A stretch of 64,000 nucleotides of DNA. Origin: a virus. Lineage: Duplodnaviria > Caudoviricetes. Under the pieces are notes generated by a model. It searched no databases and was not told the DNA's origin. It worked only from the letters and a program-made list of their open reading frames with translations. Below, in pieces: positions 20,359 to 30,354 of this stretch. A program made the translations under genes and the position numbers. The stretch is from IMG/VR virus record IMGVR_UViG_3300042970_000025; one strand, given 5' to 3'. Numbering within the stretch: position 1 is the first letter of the stretch; each line of letters opens with the position of its first letter.

Positions 20359-21345
20359 ATGAAGGCAATAAAAAAATCATTGTTGATCACATTGGTAGTT
20401 GCTATAGTCGCAACATTCAGTGTTTCGACGACCAGCTTTGCTGCTACAAAGCTTAAGCTCAATTGTACAAAAGCTACGATTGGCGTAGATAATGTTATCA
20501 CACTCAGTGTCAATGCGAAAAAGGCCAAATGGAAAAGCGGTAATACGAAGATAGCAGATGTCAGTAAGAACGGTGTTGTGACTGGAGTGAAATCGGGAAA
20601 AGTCACGGTTACCGCAAAAGCAAATGGTAAGACCGCAAAATGCAGAATTACTGTGAAGAACTATTTGACGGATAGTCAGGCTGCACAACTTATTGCTTCA
20701 GGTGTTTTGACGGAAAACTCTGTGAAACAGATTATTAAAGATAACAGCCTTACCACAGAAGAAGTGATTAAGTTGATAAAACAGAATTCGAACAATACAA
20801 CTACAATTGTTTCTGGAGGAGGATTATCACAATCCGAAGTACAGGCAATGATTAATGATGCAATGGGTAATAACTGGACTGACGGAACAGAACTTACCTT
20901 CTATAATTCTGAACAGATGCCAGTAACTGTTTATGGCGAGAATGTAGAAGATTTTACTCTTGAAACAGATCCATCGGATAGCCATATAGAGATAACGTCT
21001 GTAAAGATAACAAAATATCGTGACACATCTGTTATTCTTGGACATAAACAAAAGTATAGGTATCATGTAGAGATTAGTGGCGTCAACTACCCGAATTCGA
21101 AAGGTGAACAGCTTCGTAGATGTAGTATCACGTATATGCGTAGTGATGGGGCAGGAACTGATGAACGCGAGTATCCTCTGACTGATAAAGAAATAGAATC
21201 GGATAATAGCAATCTCCTAAGGTCAAACTCAAACTTAAGAAATTGCCAGATCACACGAGATGGTAATAATTTTACCTTCTCATGTGACCAGTATAATATG
21301 TGGTCAGATTACGATGAGTTCTTGATGCAGAATTATGGTTATTAA
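20359..21345 (+). CDS. Secreted protein with signal peptide and Ig-like (Big_2) domain
   Basis: MKAIKK + hydrophobic stretch + SFAA; WKSGNTKIADVSKNGVVTGVKSGKVTVTA; RBS AGGAGG. Confidence 0.8.
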   Translation: MKAIKKSLLITLVVAIVATFSVSTTSFAATKLKLNCTKATIGVDNVITLSVNAKKAKWKSGNTKIADVSKNGVVTGVKSGKVTVTAKANGKTAKCRITVKNYLTDSQAAQLIASGVLTENSVKQIIKDNSLTTEEVIKLIKQNSNNTTTIVSGGGLSQSEVQAMINDAMGNNWTDGTELTFYNSEQMPVTVYGENVEDFTLETDPSDSHIEITSVKITKYRDTSVILGHKQKYRYHVEISGVNYPNSKGEQLRRCSITYMRSDGAGTDEREYPLTDKEIESDNSNLLRSNSNLRNCQITRDGNNFTFSCDQYNMWSDYDEFLMQNYGY

Positions 21346-21375
21346 CTTTGACAGGGGTGCTGACTAAATAACAGG

Positions 21376-21417
21376 ACGGATTCCAGAACTATTTCTTCAG
21401 TTCTGGGATCCGTTTTT
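21376..21417 (+). terminator. Intrinsic terminator between convergent genes
   Basis: acggattccagaact / agttctgggatccgt followed by tttt. Confidence 0.75.
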
Positions 21418-21438
21418 CCGTGGGGCAGGTGCTTTTCC

Positions 21439-23007
21439 TTATTTTTCAATCTCCACGCTCACGCCGGATTTGAATTCAACGGTGAAGCGAGATGGGTATA
21501 CGGTGATTTTCTGAATCAGTCTGCGCACGAGCTTTTCGTCAAACTCGGTAATTTCTGCGCTCTGCTTCCCGATGAAATCCTGCAGCTCGGAAATTCTATC
21601 TAAAGCTTCTCTCTGTTTGCAGCTGTCCGCTTCGGCCTGTTTCTTTTGCTCTCTGAGCCGGAAGATCTCGTCGGCTATTGCATTGTAGTCCTGTTTGCTG
21701 TTTGCTTTTTGGATAAGCTCTTTCTGAAGCTCATTGAGCCGATCCTGGATGCCATCCGGGGAGAGGGTATCGGCTTTCGAAACAGCCCTTGCGATGTTTT
21801 CCTGAAGCTGCTGAATAAAGGAAGATTTATCGGTAAGGATCTGGTTGATCGCGTCAAGCGTGATTTCTTTCAGCAGTTCTTCTTTGACGGTCCGGTTGGT
21901 GCAGTTGATCTCTGCAGATGATGGCTCCAGCCGGCTGATGCAGCGCCAGACGATGGACTTCTTTCCGTGGTTATTCCAGTGGACGCGCCGGTAAAGGTCA
22001 CCGCATTCACTGCAGAAAACAATCTGGGAAAAGCAGCAGCTGCTGGAAAAATTACGCTTTTTCCCAGAAGGGCTTTTATGAACGTTGCGGCGGCGGACAA
22101 TCTCAGCCTGGACCTGCATGAAAATGTCTTTTGGGATAATTGCCGGATGGTCGCCCTCCACGTAATACTGAGGAACAGAGCCGTCGTTTTTGATTCGTTT
22201 CTTGGTAAGAAAGTCGACGGTTACCGTTTTCTGAAGAAGTGCATCGCCAAAGTATTTCTCGTTTCGCAGGATCTTGTTGATGGAGGAGATCCACCATTTC
22301 GTTTTGCCTGCACCGGTGAGGATCCCGTCTTCTTCTAATCCTTTTGCGATCTGTCCCATTGAGTAGCCATCTAGGTATTCCCGGTAGATGCGCTTTACGA
22401 CTTCGGCTTCCTTTGGGACAATGACAAGCTTTCCATCCGCGTCTTTGGTATAGCCGAGAAAGCGGGTGTGATTGACCTGCACTTTTCCCTGCTGGTAGCG
22501 GTACTGCAGTCCAAGCTTAACATTCTGGGAAAGGCTCTGAGATTCCTGCTGAGCAAGGCTGGCCATGATGGTAATCAGGACTTCACCTTTGGCGTCCATG
22601 GTATTGATGGATTCTTTTTCAAACCAGACCGCGATGTTCTTTTCTTTGAGTTTTCGAATGTACTTCAGGCAGTCCAGAGTGTTCCTTGCAAATCTGGATA
22701 TCGATTTGGTGATGACCATATCGATGTTTCCGGTCATGCATTCTTCAATCATCCGGTTGAATTCTTCTCTCTTCTTGGTGTTGGTGCCTGAGATTCCGTC
22801 GTCCGCGAAGATCCCGGCAAGCTGCCAGTCCTCGTGGCTTTTGATGTAATCGGTGTAGTGGGAGACCTGGGTTTCATAGCTGGTTTCCTGTTCATCTGTA
22901 TCTGTAGAGACGCGGCAGTAGGCAGCTACGCGCAGCTTTGGCTTTTCAGATTTCTTAACGCTGTTTCCGACCTGTCTTCTGGCGGGGATAATGGTTACGT
23001 TTGACAA
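21439..23007 (-). CDS. Large serine recombinase
   Basis: [19 protein letters not shown], recombinase domain, Zn ribbon, coiled coil. Confidence 0.95.
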   Translation of the reverse strand: MSNVTIIPARRQVGNSVKKSEKPKLRVAAYCRVSTDTDEQETSYETQVSHYTDYIKSHEDWQLAGIFADDGISGTNTKKREEFNRMIEECMTGNIDMVITKSISRFARNTLDCLKYIRKLKEKNIAVWFEKESINTMDAKGEVLITIMASLAQQESQSLSQNVKLGLQYRYQQGKVQVNHTRFLGYTKDADGKLVIVPKEAEVVKRIYREYLDGYSMGQIAKGLEEDGILTGAGKTKWWISSINKILRNEKYFGDALLQKTVTVDFLTKKRIKNDGSVPQYYVEGDHPAIIPKDIFMQVQAEIVRRRNVHKSPSGKKRNFSSSCCFSQIVFCSECGDLYRRVHWNNHGKKSIVWRCISRLEPSSAEINCTNRTVKEELLKEITLDAINQILTDKSSFIQQLQENIARAVSKADTLSPDGIQDRLNELQKELIQKANSKQDYNAIADEIFRLREQKKQAEADSCKQREALDRISELQDFIGKQSAEITEFDEKLVRRLIQKITVYPSRFTVEFKSGVSVEIEK

Positions 23008-23010
23008 TTT

Positions 23011-23415
23011 CTACACCTCGCTTTCAATCAGGCTGTATAAAAACTCGGCTTGCTGTTTCGGATCTTCAAAGGACCGATTCGCTGGGAGCCGGTGAAAACG
23101 TGTCGGAGGGATGCGCTCTGGCTTTTCCTTGCTTTTTCCTTTTGTCCGACCTAGCTTATGAGCTCTCCGCATGCGTTCTTCCGCGGCAAGGTCAAAAGTG
23201 CACCTATCGATGATGGGAGGGTAGAAATCATCTCCCAGGTAATGCCGGTTCTCAAGGATCCGGCTGACGGATCCGTGCCGGGCATTGATTCCGGCCTCTT
23301 TGGCCGCTCTGGAGAGAGTCATGCCGGAGAGGTAGTTTTGGTAAAGCGTCCTGATTTTCCCGGCTGCAATTTGATCGATCACAGCAGCTCCGTTTTTTAT
23401 TTCATATCCGTACAT
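23011..23415 (-). CDS. Small recombinase-domain protein (middle gene of the triple-recombinase cassette)
   Basis: YGYEIKNG...ILENRHYLGDDFYPPII; no catalytic domain. Confidence 0.8.
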   Translation of the reverse strand: MYGYEIKNGAAVIDQIAAGKIRTLYQNYLSGMTLSRAAKEAGINARHGSVSRILENRHYLGDDFYPPIIDRCTFDLAAEERMRRAHKLGRTKGKSKEKPERIPPTRFHRLPANRSFEDPKQQAEFLYSLIESEV

Positions 23416-23417
23416 AT

Positions 23418-24989
23418 TCAAATCCTTTCCGTTAAATCGAGTCCGCATTTTAGTTCGAACGTAAGTTCATTTCTAGACTTTACTATGATTTTGCTTACAA
23501 ACTTTTCAAAAAGCTCTTCGTCGAAATCATCCAGCATGACACCTTTTTCGGTGAAGCGCAGGAGCGCAAAGGCAGAGGATGCTATAGCGGCTTTACTGCT
23601 TGCCGAATGGGAAAGCGTTTCTTTTTCCTTCCGGAGCGCTCCAGCTTCCTTTCTAAGGGCATTTGTTTCCTTTAGGCAGATCGCCTGACTGATGATGCCA
23701 TCTGCCAATAGTTTTGTCAGGGTTTCCCGCTTTTCTGTGTTTTGCGCAAGATCGGTTTCGATCTGCTGGATTCTTCGGAGAGCGTCGTCTCTAGAGGAAC
23801 TTCGGAGCGCCGCCGCATAAGGGCGGAGAATGGTTCTCCTGGAGAAAACGAGTTTGTTCAGCATCGTGACAAAGGCGTATTGAATCGCATCGTCCCGGAT
23901 AAACTTCATGCTGCATTGCTTTTTATCTGTGATGTGAGTCTGGCAGCTCCAGACCGCGTAACGGTTTAGACTGCTGGAGCAGATCCTTCTTCGAAACACG
24001 CTGCCGCACTCTCCGCAGATAATTTTTCCGGAAAAAGGGTAGCGCTTCTGGTATTTACGGCCTTGCCTTTGGATTCCTTTTTCTTCTGCATGCTGCTGAA
24101 TCAGTCTTTGCGCAGCATCAAACTCTTCATGGCTGATGATCGCCTCGTGGTGGTTATGGCAGAGGTACATCGTCTGTTCTCCATGATTGTGGTGCCGGTT
24201 AAACTGCGAATCGGTCCAGGTCTTTTGAAACAGGCAGTCACCGGTGTATTTTTCATTTGTGAGCATTCCTCTAATGGTACTTTCCGACCATTTGCCGCCA
24301 CGTCTACTTGGGATCTTCTTTTCATTCAGATCCTTTGCGATGGCGGTCATTCCTTTCCCTGAAAGAAGAGAAGTGAAGATCCCTTTTACAATTTCCGCCT
24401 GTGCAGGATTCACAGACATCTTTCCATCTTTCCAGTCGTAGCCGTAGGGCACGCTGCCTGCCTTAAAGGTGCCGCTTTCAAACCGCTTTTGAATGGACCA
24501 TTTGCTGTTCTGAGAAATGGATGAGGACTCATCCTGGGCCATACTCGAGAGAAGGGAAAGAAGCAGCTCGCTTTCCATAGTTCCGGTGTCGATGTTTTCT
24601 TTTTCAAACCAGATCGGAATATGCAGAGACAAAAGTTCACGTACAAGCTGAAGACAGTCTGCCGTATTCCTTGAGAAACGGCTGATTGACTTGGTGATCA
24701 CGAAGTCGATTTTTCCTTTTCTGCAGTCTTGCATTAAACGCATCAATTCCGGGCGCTTGTCTTTCTTTGTCCCGCTGATGCCTTCGTCAAAGTAAAGCCC
24801 TGCAAACACAAGATCAGGTCTTGCTGCGATGTAGCTTTCGTAGTGTTGTTTCTGGGTTTCTAAGCTTTCCAGCTGCGCGTCCATATCGGTGGATACGCGG
24901 CAGTAGGCTGCCGTCCGAAGTTTCTCTGGCTTTGCTCTTGTTTCTTCTATTTTCGTTACTTTCTTCAATGCTTTTTCCTCCTTTTTCAT
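23418..24989 (-). CDS. Large serine recombinase
   Basis: [24 protein letters not shown] Zn ribbon. Confidence 0.95.
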   Translation of the reverse strand: MKKEEKALKKVTKIEETRAKPEKLRTAAYCRVSTDMDAQLESLETQKQHYESYIAARPDLVFAGLYFDEGISGTKKDKRPELMRLMQDCRKGKIDFVITKSISRFSRNTADCLQLVRELLSLHIPIWFEKENIDTGTMESELLLSLLSSMAQDESSSISQNSKWSIQKRFESGTFKAGSVPYGYDWKDGKMSVNPAQAEIVKGIFTSLLSGKGMTAIAKDLNEKKIPSRRGGKWSESTIRGMLTNEKYTGDCLFQKTWTDSQFNRHHNHGEQTMYLCHNHHEAIISHEEFDAAQRLIQQHAEEKGIQRQGRKYQKRYPFSGKIICGECGSVFRRRICSSSLNRYAVWSCQTHITDKKQCSMKFIRDDAIQYAFVTMLNKLVFSRRTILRPYAAALRSSSRDDALRRIQQIETDLAQNTEKRETLTKLLADGIISQAICLKETNALRKEAGALRKEKETLSHSASSKAAIASSAFALLRFTEKGVMLDDFDEELFEKFVSKIIVKSRNELTFELKCGLDLTERI

Positions 24990-25019
24990 GTCTATTCATC
25001 ACTCTAAGTAAGGAATCTA

Positions 25020-25205
25020 TCAAGAGTTTTCTGGATCGATTTCCGAGAAAAGAGGAGGAAAGGTCTTAAAGTTGATGTCCGAGAGCCGGTTGAATTCTTC
25101 CTTGCTGATCAAGCCGGAATCAAGAAGAAGCTCTGCAATTTTCTGCGCCCTCCGGGAATCTAGTTCTGCCTGCAGTTTTTCTTTCGTATAGTATGTGTTG
25201 TTCAT
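25020..25205 (-). CDS. Small SHOCT-like protein upstream of the recombinases
   Basis: LLDSGLISKEEFNRL; AAGGAGG RBS. Confidence 0.7.
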   Translation of the reverse strand: MNNTYYTKEKLQAELDSRRAQKIAELLLDSGLISKEEFNRLSDINFKTFPPLFSEIDPENS

Positions 25206-25220
25206 TTTGGAAAGCCTCCT

Positions 25221-25258
25221 TACAGGTCTTCCGTCAAAAGAAAATCAGAAGTCCGTAC
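25221..25258 (-). promoter_or_regulatory. Repeated motif GTACGGA-N13-TTTGACGGA-N5-TGTA, copy 1
   Basis: Also at 30387-30424 and 62190-62228, each directly upstream of a minus-strand module. Confidence 0.75.
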
Positions 25259-25276
25259 TCTGGACTTCCGATTTCT

Positions 25277-28159
25277 TTAGTCTTTTTTGTAGAACGAACA
25301 TTCGTACCCATCAGCCCGAAGAAGAAGCCCTGGCGCCCAGGGAGGCGTTCGTCCCATGAGATCACAGATCTCCTGAAGCTCGGTCTCAAGAGGGCACTCG
25401 ATAATCAGCTCATCGTGGACGTGGGCGACAATAGAGCAGTCTGAGAGATTGTGCATGGCATAGCAGAGGATGTCTCTTGCGATGGCCTGGATGATGTTCT
25501 CCACGAACTTTGGCCCGTAGGACTCAATCCGCTCCCACTTTTTCGAAGGGCCTATTCCCATGTAAGTAACCGATTCCTCTCCGAAGCGGTTTTCTCCAAT
25601 CTGGGGCTTTACGTAAGACAGTCTCCGGCCAGATGGCAGGGTGATAAACAGCATCTGGCTTTGGCATTTGATCGTCAGGCCATGCGTTTTCGTGACTATC
25701 TTCTTCTTTACCGCTGTTTTTACCGCCCGGTCCACATCCCACCAGAGCCGCACGATGTGGGGATTGGCTTTTCTCCACATGTCGACGATGGGTTTAAGCT
25801 CAGATTCCTTAAGGCCCATCTCGAGAGCGCCCATAGCCTTTAGAGCTCCTACAGAACCTCCGTATCCGCAGTTATGAACTAATTTCCCCGATACGGTAAA
25901 ACGGTGATATTCTCCGGCATTTCGTATGTCATAAACTCTAACCTTGCCTCGATGAGCCGCCAATTTTTTCTCTTTTCTTTGACAGCCTGCTCTGCACTTT
26001 CTATAATCCCCGTACGGTCCATTCCCTGGCTTAGCTTCTTGATTACAACACTTCTGGCATAAGGCCAATATTTCTGATGGAATTCGCTTAAGACGGTATT
26101 CCTTCGATTTGCCTGGTTCTGCCTGCGAGTTGCGAAGCGGATGTTTCCAGGGGCATAATTTCCATTGTTGTTGATCCGGTCGATTTCCATTTCCCGGCTT
26201 GGAAGACCGAAAGTACGAATGAGATAAAGCCCGGCTTCGGTTACTGATGGAAATTCGAACTTTATGCCTCGTCCTCCATAGTTTGGATAGTTGCGGTCCT
26301 TTGGATTTGTGCATCGTTGTTTTGCAGCGGTAAGACGTCTGTCCAGCCATACCGGGATTTTCCTCGGTTGGGAGCAATGCTGACAGCCCCTGGATTTTCT
26401 TCTTCTTAGACTTCCAAGGTCTGTCCATTGGATTCTTCCGCAGCCGGTGCATTGGGTTAGAACATAACACCGGTTCCAACTCTCGCTCCAGCGCTTTTGG
26501 GGACTGATAATCTTCACCCAGCCGTACTGCCTGCCTACTATCTCCTGCCTGTATGAGATGTGCGCCGCTTCTGGCGGCTTCTTCAAAGTGTACTGGCTGA
26601 CATTTCCCTTCGATGAAAACGAGGTGATCTGGTGTTGCGGTAAGTCCTTCATAAGTGATTACCTCCTTTCTTCCTCTGTAGACTACTCCGTCATGCTTTA
26701 CCCAGGACTTCCCGTCCCAGAGAAGATCACTCCTTGTTACAGATTCTATCGGCTTTAAGCCGTGGTTTGTAAGTACAGGCTGGCCTTCCGCGATGCAGGC
26801 GAGCACTGCGATTTTCCCTTTCTGGCGGAGCTCCCCGTTGATGCCGTGCTTGACCACGGGAACGCCAAACATGGCAGAAGCCGTGGAGCAGTAGATATCT
26901 TCACCCTTCGCAAAAGCATCCATCGTGTGGGTTTCTCCCGCCAGCCAGGCGAGAACTCTAGCTTCAATGGAGGAGAAGTCGGAAACGATGAACTTGCATC
27001 CCTCCCGCGGGATAAAGGCGGTCCGGATCAGCTGGCTTAAGGTATCCGGGATGTCATCATAAAGTAACTGAAGAGCTTCATAGTCACTAGATTTTACCAG
27101 AGCTCTTGCTTCTCCTAAATCCGGCATGGTATTTCTTGGAAGGTTCTGAAGCTGAATCAGGCGCCCTGAGAATCTTCCGCTTCGGTTGGCGCCGTAGAAC
27201 TGAAACATCCCTCTGGCCCGTCCATCCTTACAGGCTGCGTTTTCCATTGCCTGGTATTTGCGCACAGAGGATTTCGCTAATTTCTGGCGTAGCTTCAGGA
27301 CTTCCTGAATGCTGGGCGGCGCTGTTTTAATCAGTTCTGCAACCGCTTTCTTTCCAAGGGTCTCTGTTTCGATGCCGCGCTCCTTCAGCCAGCTTTTCAT
27401 TTGCATCACGCTGTTTGGATTTTCCAAGCCGGTCAGGTCCCTTAGTTTATCTGTCAGTTGCTGTTTGGACTGTTCATCAATTGTAATGGCGGACCGAACA
27501 AGCGTCTTATCAATCCTAATTCCTCTGTCGTTGATCTTCTGATCGAGCTTGTATTCTTCCCAGACGAAATCCGGGACAGGGTAGTGGGAGAGTTTCCTTT
27601 GGATAGACATTTCGACCTCCACATCCCGCTTGTTGTAGAATTTAAAGAGATTCCACTTTTCTATTGCGTCAGATGGGAGGTTCCGCGTTTTACCTCCGTT
27701 TGCCTTCGTTGGCCTGCAGGGGATGCAGAAATAGCGGATTAAGTTTTTACCCTCTGTCAGCTTCTGCTCCTTAAGGCCAAGAGCCTCACCAGATTCTTTT
27801 AGAGATAACGGAAGCCCAAGGTAGGCAGACCAGATCATGGAGCAGCGCCAGTTCTTAGGACTTAGATACTTTGCAGAGAGCCGCTCGGGATAGCAGCGGT
27901 GAAGATACGTAGACAAGCAGACGCGTTCAAAGTTAGCGTTAAAGGCCCATTTAGAAATTTCATCGTCTGTCAGGGCGTCTAAGATGCCTCTTGGAAGCCT
28001 TTCTTTTGCCGCAAGGTCTACAACCTGAACCGGGCCATCGTCCAGCGCGTAACCAAAGAGCAGAATCTCAAAATCAGGAGCCTCTGCATATCGGTACACG
28101 CCGGATTTGTTCAGGTTGATGCTGGAATAGGTTTCAATATCGATGTGAAGTGTTTTCAT
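25277..28159 (-). CDS. Phage family-A DNA polymerase with intein (960-aa precursor, 651 aa if spliced)
   Basis: HIDIETYS exonuclease, SDFSSIEAR motif A, RQKGKIAVLA|CGYGG motif B split by the insertion, VHDE motif C. Confidence 0.95.
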   Translation of the reverse strand: MKTLHIDIETYSSINLNKSGVYRYAEAPDFEILLFGYALDDGPVQVVDLAAKERLPRGILDALTDDEISKWAFNANFERVCLSTYLHRCYPERLSAKYLSPKNWRCSMIWSAYLGLPLSLKESGEALGLKEQKLTEGKNLIRYFCIPCRPTKANGGKTRNLPSDAIEKWNLFKFYNKRDVEVEMSIQRKLSHYPVPDFVWEEYKLDQKINDRGIRIDKTLVRSAITIDEQSKQQLTDKLRDLTGLENPNSVMQMKSWLKERGIETETLGKKAVAELIKTAPPSIQEVLKLRQKLAKSSVRKYQAMENAACKDGRARGMFQFYGANRSGRFSGRLIQLQNLPRNTMPDLGEARALVKSSDYEALQLLYDDIPDTLSQLIRTAFIPREGCKFIVSDFSSIEARVLAWLAGETHTMDAFAKGEDIYCSTASAMFGVPVVKHGINGELRQKGKIAVLACIAEGQPVLTNHGLKPIESVTRSDLLWDGKSWVKHDGVVYRGRKEVITYEGLTATPDHLVFIEGKCQPVHFEEAARSGAHLIQAGDSRQAVRLGEDYQSPKALERELEPVLCSNPMHRLRKNPMDRPWKSKKKKIQGLSALLPTEENPGMAGQTSYRCKTTMHKSKGPQLSKLWRTRHKVRISISNRSRALSHSYFRSSKPGNGNRPDQQQWKLCPWKHPLRNSQAEPGKSKEYRLKRIPSEILALCQKCCNQEAKPGNGPYGDYRKCRAGCQRKEKKLAAHRGKVRVYDIRNAGEYHRFTVSGKLVHNCGYGGSVGALKAMGALEMGLKESELKPIVDMWRKANPHIVRLWWDVDRAVKTAVKKKIVTKTHGLTIKCQSQMLFITLPSGRRLSYVKPQIGENRFGEESVTYMGIGPSKKWERIESYGPKFVENIIQAIARDILCYAMHNLSDCSIVAHVHDELIIECPLETELQEICDLMGRTPPWAPGLLLRADGYECSFYKKD
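25871..26797 (-). mobile_element. Intein, 309 aa (residues 455-763 of the precursor)
   Basis: Starts CIAEGQPV, block B TPDH, block F VYDI, ends VHN followed by Cys+1. Confidence 0.92.
25879..26652 (-). CDS. HNH-type homing endonuclease nested in the +1 frame of the intein
   Basis: CTGCG..GCQHC; KQRCTNP..YPNYGGRGI; EIDRINNNGNYAPGNIRFATRRQNQANR; RBS GAAAGGAGGT 8 nt before the ATG. Confidence 0.88.
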   Translation of the reverse strand: MKDLPQHQITSFSSKGNVSQYTLKKPPEAAHISYRQEIVGRQYGWVKIISPQKRWSESWNRCYVLTQCTGCGRIQWTDLGSLRRRKSRGCQHCSQPRKIPVWLDRRLTAAKQRCTNPKDRNYPNYGGRGIKFEFPSVTEAGLYLIRTFGLPSREMEIDRINNNGNYAPGNIRFATRRQNQANRRNTVLSEFHQKYWPYARSVVIKKLSQGMDRTGIIESAEQAVKEKRKNWRLIEARLEFMTYEMPENITVLPYRGN

Positions 28160-28215
28160 GTTTTCTCACCTCAGGGTAAAAGGCGGCAAGAATATCTCAC
28201 CGCCCACAAGTAGTC

Positions 28216-28377
28216 TTATGCGTCACGTTCTTTCTGCCGAAGCGCTCTTCTTGCTTCCTTTCTTTTGTCCTCCCGGATAGAGTCAAGCAGAAGCTTTATT
28301 CCAAGACACGCCCAGGAGAGAAGAAGGAGGCTGAAGCTAAAAACAAGCATCAGGCAGAGAAATGAGGATAGATTCAT
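28216..28377 (-). CDS. 53-aa single-pass membrane protein (not in ORF track)
   Basis: MNLSSFLCLMLVFSFSLLLLSWACLGIKLLLDSIREDK..., AGGAGG RBS. Confidence 0.6.
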   Translation of the reverse strand: MNLSSFLCLMLVFSFSLLLLSWACLGIKLLLDSIREDKRKEARRALRQKERDA

Positions 28378-28389
28378 TGCAAGCCTCCT

Positions 28390-28935
28390 TTACGCCAGAA
28401 AATCATCTTCCGAACTTTCCAGGGCAGTGAAGTCATCAGCCGCGTTGCTATGACCGCCAAGGGGCTCGCCGTCACGGACTTTCTGGATATTTCCAAGCCC
28501 GCAGGCCACGCCCTTGTTTCCGTTGGTGTTAAAGGCGTAGAAGTTGATGGAGACTCTGGCGTAAACGCCGCTGTAGACTTCGGAGCGGTCCAGGATCGGC
28601 TGAACTCTACCGTCTACGATCTGAGGCGGCGTCATGCTGTTGGCATTGATAAAATAGCATCCCGCGTATGCCGGATCATCCTTTTCCGTGTCGCCATCCC
28701 GAAGAGGAAGCTTCAGCGCTGCCTTATTTGGCTTTTTTCCTCCGAACTTCCCGATGCCTTCTTCAATCGCGGCATCGACTGCCTTGTTGATTTTCTCGAT
28801 GGTTTCCTTATCTTCTTTAGAGATGATCAGGGATGTGCTGTATTTTTCCTTTCCTCCGTTGATGGATTTTGGCTCCCACACGTTGGCGTAGGAGAGTCTT
28901 ACGGTACCGGTTACGACTTTTGTTCTGTTCTTCAT
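28390..28935 (-). CDS. DUF2815-family ssDNA-binding protein
   Basis: VRLSYANVWEP, LPLRDGD, VYSGVYARVS, acidic tail EDDFLA. Confidence 0.88.
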   Translation of the reverse strand: MKNRTKVVTGTVRLSYANVWEPKSINGGKEKYSTSLIISKEDKETIEKINKAVDAAIEEGIGKFGGKKPNKAALKLPLRDGDTEKDDPAYAGCYFINANSMTPPQIVDGRVQPILDRSEVYSGVYARVSINFYAFNTNGNKGVACGLGNIQKVRDGEPLGGHSNAADDFTALESSEDDFLA

Positions 28936-30083
28936 TTTTCTTCCTCCAATGTTTTAAATTCTTCTTTTGCATTTTCGATGTTTACTTCTGGCCGTTTGTC
29001 TGTGCTTGGCACCAGCGTCAGCTTCCCAGGAGGTTTTACAACCAGGCTGCCTAAGACATTTTGAAAGGTTTTCTTTCCCATCAGCTTTTCCATTTCGGTG
29101 ATGGAAATCAGCTTACGGATGTAGATATCGTGAAAGCCGGCTTTTTCCGCGGCCTTAATGACAGCGCTTTCGTCCTTGTATTTCCGATTGCTTCTTCCAT
29201 GAACGAGCTTCCAGTTTTTCCATTTCTTTCCGTGATGGATCGCCATGTTTGATGCGTACGAGCTTATGTCATTTGCCCATTTTGTGAGCCTGGGAAGAAG
29301 GGGCAGGAGCTCTTCGATTTCCTCATCTGTGAGCTTAGGCGGGAGGGCAAATTCCTTCCGGGCAAGGGATAAATTGGCTTCTGCTCTTGCCCGGCATTTG
29401 ACCGCGGCCTTGCAGAAAAGACACCAGTCGCCGCAGCAGAAATCTCCATTTCCTTCATTGGCAAGTTTCGCTTTTGGCTTGAGAACATCGATAGCCCATT
29501 TCTTGAGCTCCTTTACCGATTCCGTCCAGGTGCTGATATTCTCCCGCCTTGGCTGAAAGATTGTCATGGAGACTTCCTCAAAGTCGTAGAGATGTTCATA
29601 GAGATCTAATGCGCCAAGGGCATACAGCTTCATCTGCGGATTTTCCTCAGCTTTAACGACAATTCCCTGACCGTACTTGAAATCGATGACGTGGAGCCTG
29701 CTGTCTGACACGATGATGCAGTCCGAGGTGCCAAAGGATCCAGGCACGTATCTTGTCAGATCTAATTTTGTCTCCACATAGACCTTCGCGTCCGGGCAGG
29801 TCTGTTTCTCTTTCTCCCATTGCTCCAAAATGTAGTCCCGGTAGTCATCGGTGAAGCCCTCCATCTCGTCTGAATCAAAGCTTGATATTGGTCTGCGGCT
29901 TCGCATCTTTAAAGCCTTCTTCAGCTTGTGCTCGGCCAGCGCGTGAGCCGCGGTTCCTTCTGCGGCAGCAGGCGTTTCCTTATCCGCAAAATCAAGTTCA
30001 AACCTCGGCGCTCTGGTGCAGTGAAGCCATCTTTCCGCGCTGGAAGGAGAGAGGATGGCGTGATTTCTAGCTGGCACTTCCAA
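28932..30083 (-). CDS. DUF2800-family Cas4-like PD-(D/E)xK nuclease
   Basis: LSPSSAERWLHC, FGTSD, IDFKYG, QMKLYA, WCLFCKA...C. Confidence 0.85.
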   Translation of the reverse strand: MEVPARNHAILSPSSAERWLHCTRAPRFELDFADKETPAAAEGTAAHALAEHKLKKALKMRSRRPISSFDSDEMEGFTDDYRDYILEQWEKEKQTCPDAKVYVETKLDLTRYVPGSFGTSDCIIVSDSRLHVIDFKYGQGIVVKAEENPQMKLYALGALDLYEHLYDFEEVSMTIFQPRRENISTWTESVKELKKWAIDVLKPKAKLANEGNGDFCCGDWCLFCKAAVKCRARAEANLSLARKEFALPPKLTDEEIEELLPLLPRLTKWANDISSYASNMAIHHGKKWKNWKLVHGRSNRKYKDESAVIKAAEKAGFHDIYIRKLISITEMEKLMGKKTFQNVLGSLVVKPPGKLTLVPSTDKRPEVNIENAKEEFKTLEEEK

Positions 30084-30354
30084 ACACCTCCGCTTCTTTC
30101 AGCATCTCGCTGTAATGCGAGGGATCAATGGCTGAGAGCTTGTCCGCGCCGTATTTCTTGATGAGTGCGCGGACCTTGTCGCCATAGCCTTCTCTGGACT
30201 TTGCTGCAAGTACTGCCCGGATGTCGGAAAGCTGAATCGGATCTTCCTGTTTAGCTGTTTCTTCCATCGGCGCATTCACGATCCGCTCTAAGTCATCTGC
30301 AGCTTCCCGGATGTGTTTAATCAGGCTGCTTAAATCGTCTCTTCGGATAATCAT
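30067..30354 (-). CDS. Conserved phage protein preceding DUF2800
   Basis: IRAVLAAKSREG..VRALIKKYGADKLSAIDP; overlaps the next gene. Confidence 0.75.
   Translation of the reverse strand: MIIRRDDLSSLIKHIREAADDLERIVNAPMEETAKQEDPIQLSDIRAVLAAKSREGYGDKVRALIKKYGADKLSAIDPSHYSEMLKEAEVFGSAS

Noticed and set aside
25871-26797. Group I intron as the explanation for the polA insertion
   Set aside because: The pol frame stays open throughout and the insertion has protein-splicing termini (Cys1, HN/C)
28932-30083. Cas4-like nuclease as evidence for CRISPR-Cas
   Set aside because: No array or other cas genes are seen; it sits in the standard phage nuclease-SSB-PolA module
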